NCBI GenBank assembly: GCA_043732705.1
Contig: JAYTHE010000002.1
Span: 191,608-255,607 of the forward strand
Origin: Candidatus Omnitrophota bacterium
Lineage (GTDB): Bacteria; Omnitrophota; Omnitrophia; Omnitrophales; Aquincolibacteriaceae
Direction: 5' to 3'
DNA length: 64,000 nucleotides
Under the pieces are notes generated by a model. The model saw nothing but the letters and a program-made list of their open reading frames with translations. It was not told the DNA's origin and did no database searches. Of the stretch, positions 18,868 through 30,300 are shown piece after piece (position 1 is the stretch's first letter; each line of letters starts with the position of its first letter). A program made the position numbers and the translations under genes.

Positions 18868-20019
18868 TTGAAAAAAGTGAAAAAAAATCTTTTAAAAAAA
18901 ATCTTCGTCTTTGAGCCCGATTGCTCAGGGCATCATCTTTATTACCTTAATTTGATTGTAAAGTCTTTGCTCCGTTGCCAAATTATATGGGGAGGAACTG
19001 CGTTGGCTATTGCTGAAGCGGAAAAGTGTTTTCCCGAAATCTTTCAAAAAATTAGTGAGGTTAAAATTATTTCAAAAAGCAGTCTGCAGGTTAGTAAGCT
19101 GCTGGCTCTAATTCTGAGTGTTTGGCAAACAAGGCCAAACACAATTTTTTTATGTTACGGGGACCAGCTTGTGTATTTAATTCCAATTTTGAGACTCTTG
19201 ACACTGTTCAAAAGCATGTCTGTGCAGTTGATTTCCTTTCGCGGAAGGTTTTGCCCTAGTGTTTATCCTAGCTGGCTGGGAGGGGTTAAGAAGTTTCTAG
19301 TAACTTTGTATTTAAAATTAGGGATAATTCAAAAAATATTCCTTGTCGATGATTTGGTGTATAAAGATTTCAGCCAAATAAGTTATGGGCTTGAAAACAA
19401 AGTTATTTTTTTGCCGGACCCCATGCCAAATTGGCAACCTATCTCTAAAGGCGAGGCGCGTCGATATTTAAAATTAAGCGAGAATAAAAAATATATTCTC
19501 GGTTTTGGAAGTTTAAGCCCCAGGAAGGGGCTTTCGGATCTTCTTGAGCTAGTAGAACAGAAAATGTTGCCCCAACATGCTTGTTTGCTTTTAGTTGGAA
19601 AACCAGATGTTGAAACCAATAAGCTGATTGAGAAAAAAAAATCCACGATTTTGGATTTTGAAAACAGAGTAATTTTGCGAACGGAGTTTGTACAAGAAAA
19701 AGATATTTCCTTTTATTTTGCTGCTTCGGATGTTGTAATGGCAAATTATATAGATCATGTGGGGTCCAGTGGGGTGGTTTTAAAAGCCTTGGCAATGAAG
19801 CGGCCCGTAATAGGGCCTAATTGCGGTTGGATCGGATGGGCGATTGGACAAGCTAATGTTGACTGGTTATATGTGCATGGTGACAAGAAGGATTTTCGGA
19901 ACAAGCTATTTGATGCTTTGGAAAAAGAAGAGGTGTTGATTGCGGATTGCTTGGCAGAGTTTAAGAGTGCTCATTCTGAGGGAGGTTTTGTGAAAATTCT
20001 CCAAGAGAATTTGGGTTAA
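18868..20019 (+). CDS. GT-B (family 4-like) glycosyltransferase
   Basis: GHH, PDP, FGSLSPRKG, SSGV motifs. Confidence 0.8.
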   Translation: MKKVKKNLLKKIFVFEPDCSGHHLYYLNLIVKSLLRCQIIWGGTALAIAEAEKCFPEIFQKISEVKIISKSSLQVSKLLALILSVWQTRPNTIFLCYGDQLVYLIPILRLLTLFKSMSVQLISFRGRFCPSVYPSWLGGVKKFLVTLYLKLGIIQKIFLVDDLVYKDFSQISYGLENKVIFLPDPMPNWQPISKGEARRYLKLSENKKYILGFGSLSPRKGLSDLLELVEQKMLPQHACLLLVGKPDVETNKLIEKKKSTILDFENRVILRTEFVQEKDISFYFAASDVVMANYIDHVGSSGVVLKALAMKRPVIGPNCGWIGWAIGQANVDWLYVHGDKKDFRNKLFDALEKEEVLIADCLAEFKSAHSEGGFVKILQENLG

Positions 20020-20021
20020 GT

Positions 20022-20834
20022 ATGATTCGAACCGGCATCACAAAAACAAGGTCGAATCAAGCAGCTTATACTTTCTGTCTGCTTTTAACAGCTTCAATTG
20101 ATCCAAAAAACTGTGCTTTTTTGAAGAGGTCAGATCCCAAAATCAGAGAAAAAGATTATTTAAATGCTTTAAAGAAATGGATTGATAAAACCAAATACCC
20201 GATCGTTTTTTGTGAAAACTCAGGTTTTGATATTTCCCAAATTAATAAAACAGCAGAAGAGGGAAGAAAATTGGGGCGTGAAATAGAGGTTATTCAGTTT
20301 GATGGAAATAATTATCCTCGAAATTTTGGAAAAGGGTTCGGTGAGATGTTAATTATAGGTCATGCAATGTGTCACTCAAAGCTGATTCAAAAATCAAAAT
20401 ATATAATAAAGGTAACGGGTCGATTTTTTGTTAGCAATATAAACTCGATCGTTGGGGGGCTGACACAAGCAAACGATTTGTTTGCGATAACATCTTGTCG
20501 GGAGAAAGAATTAGTTCCCTCAGTGTTTTTTTGTGGGACGACAGTTTTTTTCACCAAGTGTTTGTTGCCGTGGCAGCATAAGCTAAACGATCAGACTGGG
20601 TTTTACTTTGAGCACGCTCTAAAACAGGCTTGCGATACCGCTCAGAAAGAAGGTTTTAAGTGCTTTGAATTTGACAAGCCTATTTTGCTATGTGGCTACA
20701 GGGGAACTGACAATAAACTGATCTATGGTTTTTCTGAGTGGGAGGCGAGTGTGCGTGTTAAGTTAAAAAAAGTAGTACCACAGCCTGTGTTTGAATTTTT
20801 TAGGTCTTTGCTGAGTTTTTTTAAAAAAAATTAA
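20022..20834 (+). CDS. Conserved hypothetical glycan-locus protein (GT-like)
   Basis: LLTASI, R..DY..AL, FCENSG, GKGFGE, KVTGR pattern; operon context. Confidence 0.55.
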   Translation: MIRTGITKTRSNQAAYTFCLLLTASIDPKNCAFLKRSDPKIREKDYLNALKKWIDKTKYPIVFCENSGFDISQINKTAEEGRKLGREIEVIQFDGNNYPRNFGKGFGEMLIIGHAMCHSKLIQKSKYIIKVTGRFFVSNINSIVGGLTQANDLFAITSCREKELVPSVFFCGTTVFFTKCLLPWQHKLNDQTGFYFEHALKQACDTAQKEGFKCFEFDKPILLCGYRGTDNKLIYGFSEWEASVRVKLKKVVPQPVFEFFRSLLSFFKKN

Positions 20835-20878
20835 AATTAATAATAAAATATTATTTCAAATTCCCATTAAATTTCAAG

Positions 20879-22186
20879 ATGAACAAAAACAAAAATTTTA
20901 ACAGTGGTTTTTTCAGACCAATAGCAATGAGCCTTTTTACACTTATGAATTTTGTGGGTGCTTTTAAAGAGGGGGCAGGTGTCGAAGGTTTTGGCTCAGG
21001 GAACCCTTTAAAGGATTATACTTTTTTGACCGTGTTGGGAATTGTTGTGTGTTTTGGAATTATTTTTTTATTTTCCAATACTTTCGAGCGTCGCGCAATG
21101 ATTGAAAGGATGTTTTCTCTCTCTTCGTTGATTTGTTTTGGAATATACTTTGCGCTGTGTCAGTTTTTAATGGGTTCCGAAGCAGGTTTTTCCAAGCTTA
21201 GGTATTTTTGGATGCTTGATCTTCCTGCGTGTTTTATTTTTGTTAGTCTTATAAGAAAGCCACAGGATTTAAAAGCATTTCTGTGGTTCATTGTCTTGTT
21301 TTCATGTTTTTTGACCATGGTGGCATTTATTTACAAAACACAAAATCCGTTTTTGTTTTTATCCTCGGGCAATAATGAGGGGCGCACTTGGACTTATATT
21401 CAGTATGGCGCCTTGTCCTGTTCGGCGGGGTTAATCGCTTTAATTTGGAGCGTCGAAAGCACGGGCAATTTATTTTCTAAGATTGTTTCGTTATTCATAT
21501 GTCTCTTAAACTTTGCGGGCACGATTTACTCAGGTGAGCGCGGGAGTATTTTATTTGTTCCCATTATTTTTATTTGTTATCTTTTTATGAGCGGTCGGCT
21601 TATCAGGCTAAATTCCTGGAAAGCATTTTGGATCGGTTTTATTATTATTATTATTTCATTTTCTGCTTTTAGCTTTATTCAGTCGGAGAAAGGGGAAATG
21701 TTTCGAAAGCGTTTTGAGAAACTTGGTGTGACGCAAGATTCTGATGACAAAGATGCCCGTCTTGATATTCAAGGGGAATTTGGAGAAGGGATAAGACAAG
21801 CGACAAAAAAAAGCCCAATTTTTGGACTAGGTCCGGGTAATTATTTTGGATTTAATCAAGGCGGCTATCCGCACAACATGATTCTTGAAACAGGTGGTGA
21901 ATTGGGGTTGATAGGGCTAGCAATTTACTTTTTTATTTTAAGTCGAGTTTGGAAAGGAGTTAGGTGTATTAAGAACTTTATGCAGCCAGACTTATTTTAT
22001 GCTTATTTTGTCGTCTTTTTGTTGTATTTCTTTAGAACTTTAAAGACCGGAGATATTGCGGGTAGTCGGTATTTTTGGTTATTTATAGCTTCGTGGCTTT
22101 TATTTTCGAACATAAGGAATCTGAAGAAGCCAGGTAAGTCGGGCGGGAAAACGTTAAGCCAAGAATTGGTTGTGGCCAATGAATAA
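20879..22186 (+). CDS. O-antigen ligase/Wzy polymerase family membrane protein
   Basis: About 11 TM segments; SGERG; PIFGLGPG...YPHNMILE..GELGLIG. Confidence 0.85.
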   Translation: MNKNKNFNSGFFRPIAMSLFTLMNFVGAFKEGAGVEGFGSGNPLKDYTFLTVLGIVVCFGIIFLFSNTFERRAMIERMFSLSSLICFGIYFALCQFLMGSEAGFSKLRYFWMLDLPACFIFVSLIRKPQDLKAFLWFIVLFSCFLTMVAFIYKTQNPFLFLSSGNNEGRTWTYIQYGALSCSAGLIALIWSVESTGNLFSKIVSLFICLLNFAGTIYSGERGSILFVPIIFICYLFMSGRLIRLNSWKAFWIGFIIIIISFSAFSFIQSEKGEMFRKRFEKLGVTQDSDDKDARLDIQGEFGEGIRQATKKSPIFGLGPGNYFGFNQGGYPHNMILETGGELGLIGLAIYFFILSRVWKGVRCIKNFMQPDLFYAYFVVFLLYFFRTLKTGDIAGSRYFWLFIASWLLFSNIRNLKKPGKSGGKTLSQELVVANE

Positions 22187-22919
22187 AGTAAATGTAATTT
22201 TATCTAATTTGATAAAAATTGATTTGTTAACTGGCGTTCGTATCAAGAGCAGGCAAGATCTTATTCGACTAGGGAAAGGTGCTTCATGGATCATTCCTGC
22301 TACTCTTATTAAAAAGGAATCAATTTGCTACCTAGTTGGTGCCGGTGAAGACATTACGTTTGATGTAGATTTGGCTAACAAGTATTCTGATCATGTCTTT
22401 ATTTTTGATCCTACTCCACGTGCTAAGAAGCATTATGAAAATGTTTGTAGCAATGTTCAAACTGCCTTGGTGCAAAAGACAAATATAGTTTCAAAGGCTA
22501 CTCTTCAAAAAATAAAATTTATAGAGAGAGGTCTTTGGAGCAATGATTGTGAAATGAAGTTTTTTGCGCCTAAGGACCCAGGACATGTTTCTCACTCTTT
22601 GCTAAACTTGCAGGGGACAAAGGATTTTTTTATTGCAAAAGTTAATCGATTGTCCTCGTTAATGAATGAGCTTAAGCATGATTCGTTGGATTTGTTGAAA
22701 ATTGATATAGAAGGTGCTGAATATGAAGTGATTAAGACAATTTTAGAAGACAAGATTTTTATTCGTATTTTGTGTGTTGAATTTGATGAGGCATACAATC
22801 CCTTAGATGGAAAGTATGCTTTTCGCATCAAATCAGCTATTTCTAGTTTAATTAATCATGGTTATGAGCTTGTTGCGTTGTCATCTTGGGGGAATTATAC
22901 ATTCCTCAAAGTAACATAA
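22179..22919 (+). CDS. FkbM family methyltransferase
   Basis: GAGEDITFD, FDPTP, LLKIDIEGAEY, VEF. Confidence 0.85.
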   Translation: MNKVNVILSNLIKIDLLTGVRIKSRQDLIRLGKGASWIIPATLIKKESICYLVGAGEDITFDVDLANKYSDHVFIFDPTPRAKKHYENVCSNVQTALVQKTNIVSKATLQKIKFIERGLWSNDCEMKFFAPKDPGHVSHSLLNLQGTKDFFIAKVNRLSSLMNELKHDSLDLLKIDIEGAEYEVIKTILEDKIFIRILCVEFDEAYNPLDGKYAFRIKSAISSLINHGYELVALSSWGNYTFLKVT

Positions 22920-22925
22920 GTCTCG

Positions 22926-24056
22926 ATGCGCATCTTATTAATTCATAACATTCTCTGGAGTCATTATAAAGCCGCTGTTTTTTCGGCGTTATCGAGGGCG
23001 TGCAAAGATAAAAGCTACTCCTTTAAGGTTATTCACTTGGCTGAGACGGAAGGTATCCGAAAGCGGTTTGGTGGTATTGACATAGAGTTGCATCAATATA
23101 ATTACGAAGTTCTTCATAAAGGTTCGCACAACGACTTTAAGTTTTTCGAAAAATTAGCCAAACTTATAAAGGTCGTAAAAAAGGAAAAGCCTGATTGTTT
23201 GTCAATAGCCGGTTATTATGATTTTGCTTGTTTGCTGGCGGCTTATTGGGCAAAGTTTCATGGTATCAAAATTGTTATGATGTCTGATTCCGCTGAGGCA
23301 GATCGCGCGCGGAATGTAATTTGGGAGAAAATAAAGAGTTTGCTGATTAAACCCTTTGACCTTTTCTTTTGCTATGGTTCAAAAGCGAGGGAATATTTGC
23401 TTAAATTAAGGGTGAAAGATGACAAGATTAAAATTCGTTTTCAATCCACGCAGAATGAAATTATCCGAAATATTTATCTAAAATCAAAAAATAAACTAAG
23501 GGACCATTTCTCAGAAAAGAATTTTATTTATGTTGGAAGGCTTTCACCGGAGAAAAACATACCAGTTTTGCTTCATGCTTTTGCAGCGGTTAGGAAGTTA
23601 AACTGGGGGCTAGTCTTAGTTGGTGATGGGCCGCAAAGACGCGAGTTAGAAGATTTGGTGAAAAAACTTGCTTTAGAGCAAATATATTTTACAGGTCCCA
23701 AGTCTTGGCATGAAGTTGTCACATATTATGCCTCTGCGGATGTTTTTGTTCTTCCCAGCTTGTCGGAACCCTGGGGGTTGGTGGTTAATGAGGCGATGCT
23801 TTGCGATCTACCAGTGATTGTTTCTAATCGATGTGGATGTGCAATGGATCTTGTTCGAGAGGGGGTGAATGGTTTTGTTTTTGACCCTTTTGATTCCCGG
23901 CAATTGGAGCGATTAATGAGGGACTTTGCGGATGATAATTATGATCTGGTTCAAATGGGGAGGCGATCGAATGAAATTATTCAGAAATTCTCTCCCGAGA
24001 ATTCGGCCCGCCAGATGCTGGAAGGGATAGAGATGCTTTTGCGGGATGCAAAATGA
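22926..24056 (+). CDS. Glycosyltransferase family 4
   Basis: YVGRLSPEKN, VGDGP, EPWGLVVNEA. Confidence 0.92.
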   Translation: MRILLIHNILWSHYKAAVFSALSRACKDKSYSFKVIHLAETEGIRKRFGGIDIELHQYNYEVLHKGSHNDFKFFEKLAKLIKVVKKEKPDCLSIAGYYDFACLLAAYWAKFHGIKIVMMSDSAEADRARNVIWEKIKSLLIKPFDLFFCYGSKAREYLLKLRVKDDKIKIRFQSTQNEIIRNIYLKSKNKLRDHFSEKNFIYVGRLSPEKNIPVLLHAFAAVRKLNWGLVLVGDGPQRRELEDLVKKLALEQIYFTGPKSWHEVVTYYASADVFVLPSLSEPWGLVVNEAMLCDLPVIVSNRCGCAMDLVREGVNGFVFDPFDSRQLERLMRDFADDNYDLVQMGRRSNEIIQKFSPENSARQMLEGIEMLLRDAK

Positions 24057-25210
24057 GAATTGCGCATTTAACGCCATGTTTTTCACTTCAGGGCGGGGGG
24101 GTCCCCCCCGTTGTTCATGCTTTGGCAGCGCATCAAAAGTTGTCTGGTAATCAAATTTGTGTTTTTTCGGTCGATGACCGCAACGCTATTCAAAAGTCGG
24201 CTAATTATGAACTTGTTTTGCTGCCTGTTTTGGGGAGTGAGCGGTTTGCTTTTGCTCCAGGGCTTATTGACAAAATCGTTCGGTTTTCCCCGGATATTCT
24301 TCACAGTCATGGTATTTGGTCGTATTTTTCAATTGCAAGTCAGCGCGCTGCTAAAAAGTTGAAAATTCCGCATGTGATTTCAACGCATGGGATGCTGGAG
24401 CCATGGGCGTGGAATTGGCACCGAGGGAGAAAAAGGATGCTGCAGGTGTTGGCTCTAGATAGCGTCTTAAAAAAAGCTAGTGCATTGTTGGCCTATGAGT
24501 CCGAAATGCCCATAATTAAACAGCTCGGATTTAAAGATAAAACATTTCTTGTTGTCAATGGAGTTGATATAGACACGTTAAGTCAAAGCCATTCAAAGAC
24601 AAAATTTGAACTGGCACACCCCGAGTTTAAAAATAAAAAAATAATTTTATTTTTATCGAGACTCCACCCCAAAAAAGGATTGCCCTCTTTTTTAAATGCC
24701 TTTTCAAAAGTTGTCGTCCAGTTTCCGGAATGGCATTTTGTGATTGCCGGGCCTGATGAAAGCGGGCATGCCAAAGAAATCGCGAAACTTATTCGAAAAT
24801 TAAATTTAATGTCCAATGTGTCTATGTTAGGCATCCAGATCGGCGAGTCAAAAAGGGATTGTTTTGCCGCTGCGGATTTATTTGTTCTCCCGTCATTTAG
24901 TGAGGGCTTCAGCGTTGCAGTTTTAGAAGCGATGGCATCAGGCCTGCCCGTTTTAATTTCGAAAGGTTGTTGTTTTCAAGAAGTCGAAGAAAAAAATTGT
25001 GGTATTGTTTGCGAGGCTAATTCGGTATCGATTGAAAAAGCTTTAAAAAAAATCTTGTCAATGGGTTCCGATGAACTTAAATTGATGGGGCAAAATGGGC
25101 GACAGCTAATTACAGAAAAATACACGTGGTCTAAGGTTAATCACGAAATTTTAGATATTTACCAGAAGGTTATTCATCATTATGAATCTGAAAAAATTCA
25201 AAAAAGTTGA
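24053..25210 (+). CDS. Glycosyltransferase family 4
   Basis: HSHGIW, HGML, FLSRLHPKKG, EGFSVAVLEA. Confidence 0.92.
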   Translation: MRIAHLTPCFSLQGGGVPPVVHALAAHQKLSGNQICVFSVDDRNAIQKSANYELVLLPVLGSERFAFAPGLIDKIVRFSPDILHSHGIWSYFSIASQRAAKKLKIPHVISTHGMLEPWAWNWHRGRKRMLQVLALDSVLKKASALLAYESEMPIIKQLGFKDKTFLVVNGVDIDTLSQSHSKTKFELAHPEFKNKKIILFLSRLHPKKGLPSFLNAFSKVVVQFPEWHFVIAGPDESGHAKEIAKLIRKLNLMSNVSMLGIQIGESKRDCFAAADLFVLPSFSEGFSVAVLEAMASGLPVLISKGCCFQEVEEKNCGIVCEANSVSIEKALKKILSMGSDELKLMGQNGRQLITEKYTWSKVNHEILDIYQKVIHHYESEKIQKS

Positions 25211-25730
25211 TTTTGTTGGAGTGCCAAAATGGAAATGGGCTTTGTGGCTCATGGTGGGGTCGTATTTTGTGGAGTCGAGAATTTTTTGTTATTCTTCATT
25301 TAGAGTTTTTGTTTTGAGGCTGTTTGGAGCACAAATTGGCGAGGGTTGTAATATTAAACCAAGAGTTCGGATTAAACTGCCTTGGAAATTAAAAATCGGC
25401 AATGATGTTTGGTTGGGTGAGAGAGCATGGATTGATAATATCGAAAATGTTGAAATAGGCGACAACGTTTGTATTTCCCAGGAGGCCTATCTTTGTACCG
25501 GTAACCATGACTGGAGCTGCGAGAATTTTAAACTCACCGCGGAACCGATTAACATTGAAGATCAAGTTTGGATTGGCGCCAGAGCTGTTGTTGGACCGGG
25601 CGTTACTGTCAAAACCGGCTCGGTTCTTGCCCTTGGAAGTGTAGCGGTATCTAATCTCGAGCCGATGATGATTTATTCAGGCAACCCTGCTAAACCCATT
25701 AAGCCACGCAAAATAACGGCTGTGGGTTAA
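25182..25730 (+). CDS. wcaF: WcaF-like hexapeptide-repeat acetyltransferase
   Basis: LRLFGAQIG, PWKLKIG, ISQEAYLCTGNHD, GNPA. Confidence 0.85.
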   Translation: MNLKKFKKVDFVGVPKWKWALWLMVGSYFVESRIFCYSSFRVFVLRLFGAQIGEGCNIKPRVRIKLPWKLKIGNDVWLGERAWIDNIENVEIGDNVCISQEAYLCTGNHDWSCENFKLTAEPINIEDQVWIGARAVVGPGVTVKTGSVLALGSVAVSNLEPMMIYSGNPAKPIKPRKITAVG

Positions 25731-25746
25731 TGGCACATCGAACACG

Positions 25747-26967
25747 TTGCAGTTAGTCGTGAAGCCCAAGATTCTCTTTCTCTATCATTTTTACTTTCCT
25801 GATAATGTCGTCAGCCCGCGCCTCTTTCAGGATTTGTGTGAAGACCTTGCTAAAAGAAATTGGGAAGTTGAAGTTTGGCCGTGCAATCGTAACCGCCACG
25901 ATCTTAAAGCTGCCTATCCTGCCAAAGAAATTTTAAATGGTGTTCGGGTCAAGCGAGTTTGGCGCCCATCCTTGAGTCAGTCATCATCTATCGGAAGAAT
26001 TTTAAATTCAATTTGGATGATTTCAAATTGGTCTTTGCGCTATTTGCTTTTATTTCCCAAGCCGCAGATTGTTTTCATTGGCAGTGATCCTGTTTTGGCA
26101 TTGCTTGCGGTGCCACTTATTAAGTTGTTTGATCATAAGGTGAGGGTGGTGCATTGGTGCTTTGATCTCTATCCTGAAGCGGCCGTGGCTGACGGAAAAG
26201 TCAAAGGAAGCGGTTGGTTGTATCGCGTGCTTTCATGGCTTATGCGCCGTGCTTATAATGCGTGTGATCTGATTCTTGATCTGGGTGTTTGTATGAGAAA
26301 AAAAATAACAATGTATTTGCCGCGCTCGCGTTGTGAGACCGTCACGCCCTGGGCTTTTTATGAGCCGACACAAATTCAGTTACCCGCCCCTAGTGAAAAA
26401 CAAGCTTTGTTTGGAAATGCGACCACGGGGATACTTTATTCCGGGAATTTTGGTCTAGGGCATACCGCAGATTTGACTATAAAACTTGCAGCGCGATTAA
26501 AAGAAGTAAGTATTCGATTCTGTTTCAGCACTCAGCGGAATCTGGCAGAGAAGGTTTGTCAAAAGTATGCAGCTGTGAATGCGCCCATTATGTTTGCAGA
26601 TTTTGCCGCTGAAAACAGTTTAAGTAAGAGGTTAGAAGCCGCAGAAATTCATTTGGTGAGCCTAAAGCAGCGCTGGACCGGAACAGTTGTTCCTTCTAAG
26701 TTTTTTGGTTCACTGGCTGCCGGACGACCGGTTATTTTTGAGGGCTCAGAGGAGTCTGCGATTGCAAAATGGATTCGAGAATATCAAGTCGGGTGGGTAC
26801 TTTCAGATGCAACTTTTGAGGAAGTCGCGAATCAGTTAATACAGATTTCGCGAAATCCAAAAGATTTAGAAAGCATGCAAAAGCACTGCCTCGAAATTTA
26901 TCAAGAGCATTTTTCTAAAACACTTTGCCTTGAGAAGCTGCAGAAGCTTTTAAAAGAGCTGGTGTGA
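25747..26967 (+). CDS. Glycosyltransferase family 4 (WcaI/WbuB-like)
   Basis: FYFPD, DLYPE, YSGNFG, VPSKF..LAAGRP. Confidence 0.85.
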   Translation: MQLVVKPKILFLYHFYFPDNVVSPRLFQDLCEDLAKRNWEVEVWPCNRNRHDLKAAYPAKEILNGVRVKRVWRPSLSQSSSIGRILNSIWMISNWSLRYLLLFPKPQIVFIGSDPVLALLAVPLIKLFDHKVRVVHWCFDLYPEAAVADGKVKGSGWLYRVLSWLMRRAYNACDLILDLGVCMRKKITMYLPRSRCETVTPWAFYEPTQIQLPAPSEKQALFGNATTGILYSGNFGLGHTADLTIKLAARLKEVSIRFCFSTQRNLAEKVCQKYAAVNAPIMFADFAAENSLSKRLEAAEIHLVSLKQRWTGTVVPSKFFGSLAAGRPVIFEGSEESAIAKWIREYQVGWVLSDATFEEVANQLIQISRNPKDLESMQKHCLEIYQEHFSKTLCLEKLQKLLKELV

Positions 26968-27359
26968 CTCATTGCTATTTTCACAGTTAATGTTGGGTTT
27001 GCGGGGGCTATGAGGGCGCACCGTAATGCGTTAAGGCATAGGTTTGCTTTTTTGATCGACCGAGATGGAGCGGTTTCTGTAAATGTGATAAAAGCGCCAT
27101 GAATTGGTGAAGTGATTTTTAAGGATCATCTCAACTTACGCAGTTACAAACTTTACCATAAAAACATCCGGTGCTAGGACGGAACTCATAGCACTGGCGG
27201 TTAGTTCAGGGGGCTGTTTTTCTTAGCTGTAATTTGCATATTCATATAGCAGGACTAATCATTCGTTAGCAGCCATGGTTTGCCAGCTTGCATTTGAAAT
27301 AATATGGATTATATTTCTCCTAACAATTTCTTTCCTCATAAAAAACATGAGTGTAATCA

Positions 27360-30300
27360 ATGAAAAAACAATCTTCTTTTTTCCGTCGTTTAGTAAGCTT
27401 AGTTACGACACTATTGATTTCTTTTTCAGGAACTCCCGGTTTCTCGGCACCTTCTAGCTCGGATTCTGTCGTGCTTTCTGCGCACGCTTTTTCAAGTTCT
27501 TTAGCTAGTGAAATATTACAAATTCCGCGTCAATTGGGGCGTGTGGAATCTTTTCATGCGGGCAAAGGCAAAACGTTGATTCATATTCAAACCGCGCATG
27601 GCCATTATGAGGCGCAGAAAAAAATCGCCGCAATTTTGCAGGATCTTGAAAATCAATATGGAACAACCACCGTTTTTATTGAAGGCAGCTGGGGGAAACT
27701 TTATCCTGAGATTTTGCGATTTTTCCCTGAAAATCCAAAACTGACGCATGAGTTGAATGACGCCCTCACACATAAGGCGATTGTTAAAGGCGAAGAGCTT
27801 TATTTGATTGATTCGAAAAAAGGTGAAGGCTATGGAATCGAGAATGAACAGGCCTATCTTGAAAACGCAGCGGCATTTGCAAGCGTGGTTAAGGCGCGTG
27901 AAGGCAGTCGGAAATTTTTAACCGCTGCCATGGATGGCATTGAAAAAATTTCAGCCGGTTATTTGAATAATGATTTGCGTGGTTTTTTGCGGCGTGAGGA
28001 GAGCTTTCAAAATGGTGTTACTCCGCTTGATTCTTGGATTGAAGAATTACATAAACAGGTTACAAAGCAGTATGGTCAAGATTTGGCCGACGCTGCCTTT
28101 CAGTTGGAATGGCCCATGCTCGTACGCTATTTTACGATCAAAAAACTTGAATCCTCGATGAATGTTGAAACGCTTGATTCAGAACGGGTTAGTTTTTTAA
28201 AAGAGTTTGATAAAGTCTCTAGTCTCCGGTCTCCAGTCTCCGGTCTCAAGGATTCAATAGAATCCTTGCTGAGCGCCAAAGACGCTAGCCTGGGGTTACA
28301 AGCCGAAATGGTGCAAAGCATTTTTATCCAAATGATGCGAGCCTTGCCCCAGGATTTTGATTACAGTCGCTATCCCAATGTGAAGGCAATGATCGGCATT
28401 TTACTTTTACAAAGTGAGCTTGATGCGCACCTGATGACCGCGGAAATAGAGAAATTAACAAATCTTCTTGCCGGAAAAATGGCAACGCAGGCGACTGAGA
28501 AGCAATTTTTATCGGTTTATCAACGTAAAATTTTGCTTACGAAATTACTTAATTTAGAATTAGCGCCTGATGATTACGAGAAAATTCTCGGGTCTCCGGC
28601 CTCCGGCCTCCGGCCCAGTCATTTATTTTTAGAAATTCAGAAATTAAATACCGAAAACCGTGTCCGTGGAATTGAATTTAAGCATACGGCCGAGTTAGAT
28701 GCGATTTATGAGAAGGCGTTGGCTTTTTATGCGGGTGCGAAAAAGCGTGATCAATATTTAATTGAGAATGTTGAGAAACAAATGGATCAGCTGGGGGTTG
28801 ACAAAGCAGTTGTGATTACGGGTGGTTTCCATGCTGAGCCGTTCCGCAAATACTTTGAAGCGAAAAATTACACTTATGCGCTTCTGATGCCGACTCTTTC
28901 AAGTGTTGATGATAAAGGTCGTGAGGCTTATTTGAATGTTATGAATGAGCAGCTAAAGATTAAAACAAAAACATCTACCGCTAATACAATATCGCCTGCA
29001 ACGCGGGCTGGTGTCTCAACTTTGGAGGCTGGATTAGCTTCTTTGAGTTCGGAGGATGGCAATTTAGCCCTTGCAGGTGTGGAGCGATCAGAATCCCGTC
29101 TTCTATCACTGAGAGCTAAAGCATCGACTTATATTGCGGCTGTATTGTTTGCGTTGTCTTCGGCGTCTCCTGTTTCTGCACAAACACGACGAGTGCTTCC
29201 CGTTGTTCCTTCTGACGCTACAGCGCAACAAGCGGCGTTTGATAAATATATGGAGACAGCTGATGATGGAAAACTAGCCGCGTCGTTTGCCTCTTTTGTG
29301 GAGAAAAAAAATGCCCCTGCTTATTTATTATTTTCATATGCCAAAGCTGCCGCAAAGCAAGGTCGACAAGAAACGGTCGTTAGGCAGCTCGGATTAATAA
29401 TCCAATATTTAGTTGACGCGTATCAATTTAATGAAGCTGATCTTAGAAAAGTTTTAGAGGCGCTTGATTCTAATCCTGAGATCCGTCAAAACAGCGGGGT
29501 GGTTGCTGCTGTTAAATCAATAACGTCACTTGTACCTAAAGAGCTTGTTGGATCGTCGGAGCAGAAGAAAGAAAAACCAGTTGCTTCTGTGATAATAAGG
29601 GCAGAAGGAGGCAAGGGTTTAATTTTAGGACCATCTGAGACGGTTACTGAAAAATCAACAGGTGAAGAAATTAAACTTACCGGAATTCAAAAAGGATCTC
29701 CCGAGGAACTGCTTTTCAATCAGTTTTTTAATGGCGGTGACGTTGTGCAGCCGGGTGGAGTCAATCCAAAGGATGCTTCAAGGGTAAAATTTTCATTACA
29801 GGCATTGGCTCAAATTCACGAGCTTGCACCAGAAAAAAGAGTCCAATTTGTCAAGTCAATGTTCGACTTGTTACCCGCCATGAAGCCGGCATTACCAAAT
29901 GAGAAGGAATTCAAAGAAATAAAAAGAATCACACTAAGTGAATTGGCGAACACTTTTTACTTATTTAAGTTCCCGCCGTCGGCAATTAGTTTTTTTTTAA
30001 ATGAATTGGTCGCCCCCAAAAATAGTTCTCTTGTTGCGGATCCTTTTTTCAGGCCTTATGTATTAGCTTTAGTTTCGGAGTTGGTTGATCAATTGTCCAT
30101 GGACTTACTCGAGTATAAGAAGTGGGCTCAGTCTGTCCTTATAAAAGAATATGAGGTGTTTATCGCCAAATTTGCTGATGATGCGATCCGCAAGGTTTTA
30201 GTAGCGCCTGAGGAAGCGTTAGGTCCCGACACGCGAATGTGGTATATGCGTATGACAGGCGTTCTGTTGAGTGCGCCTAACTTTATTGATCCATTTGTTA

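Noticed and set aside
24093-24110. G7-T-C7 palindrome in a GT4 gene as a phase-variation switch
   Set aside because: Currently in frame and encodes the usual GGG.P loop; no evidence of slippage
26970-27350. Gap before the giant gene as a pseudogene or ncRNA
   Set aside because: Only short stop-broken frames and one small hairpin (about 27167-27197); nothing identifiable
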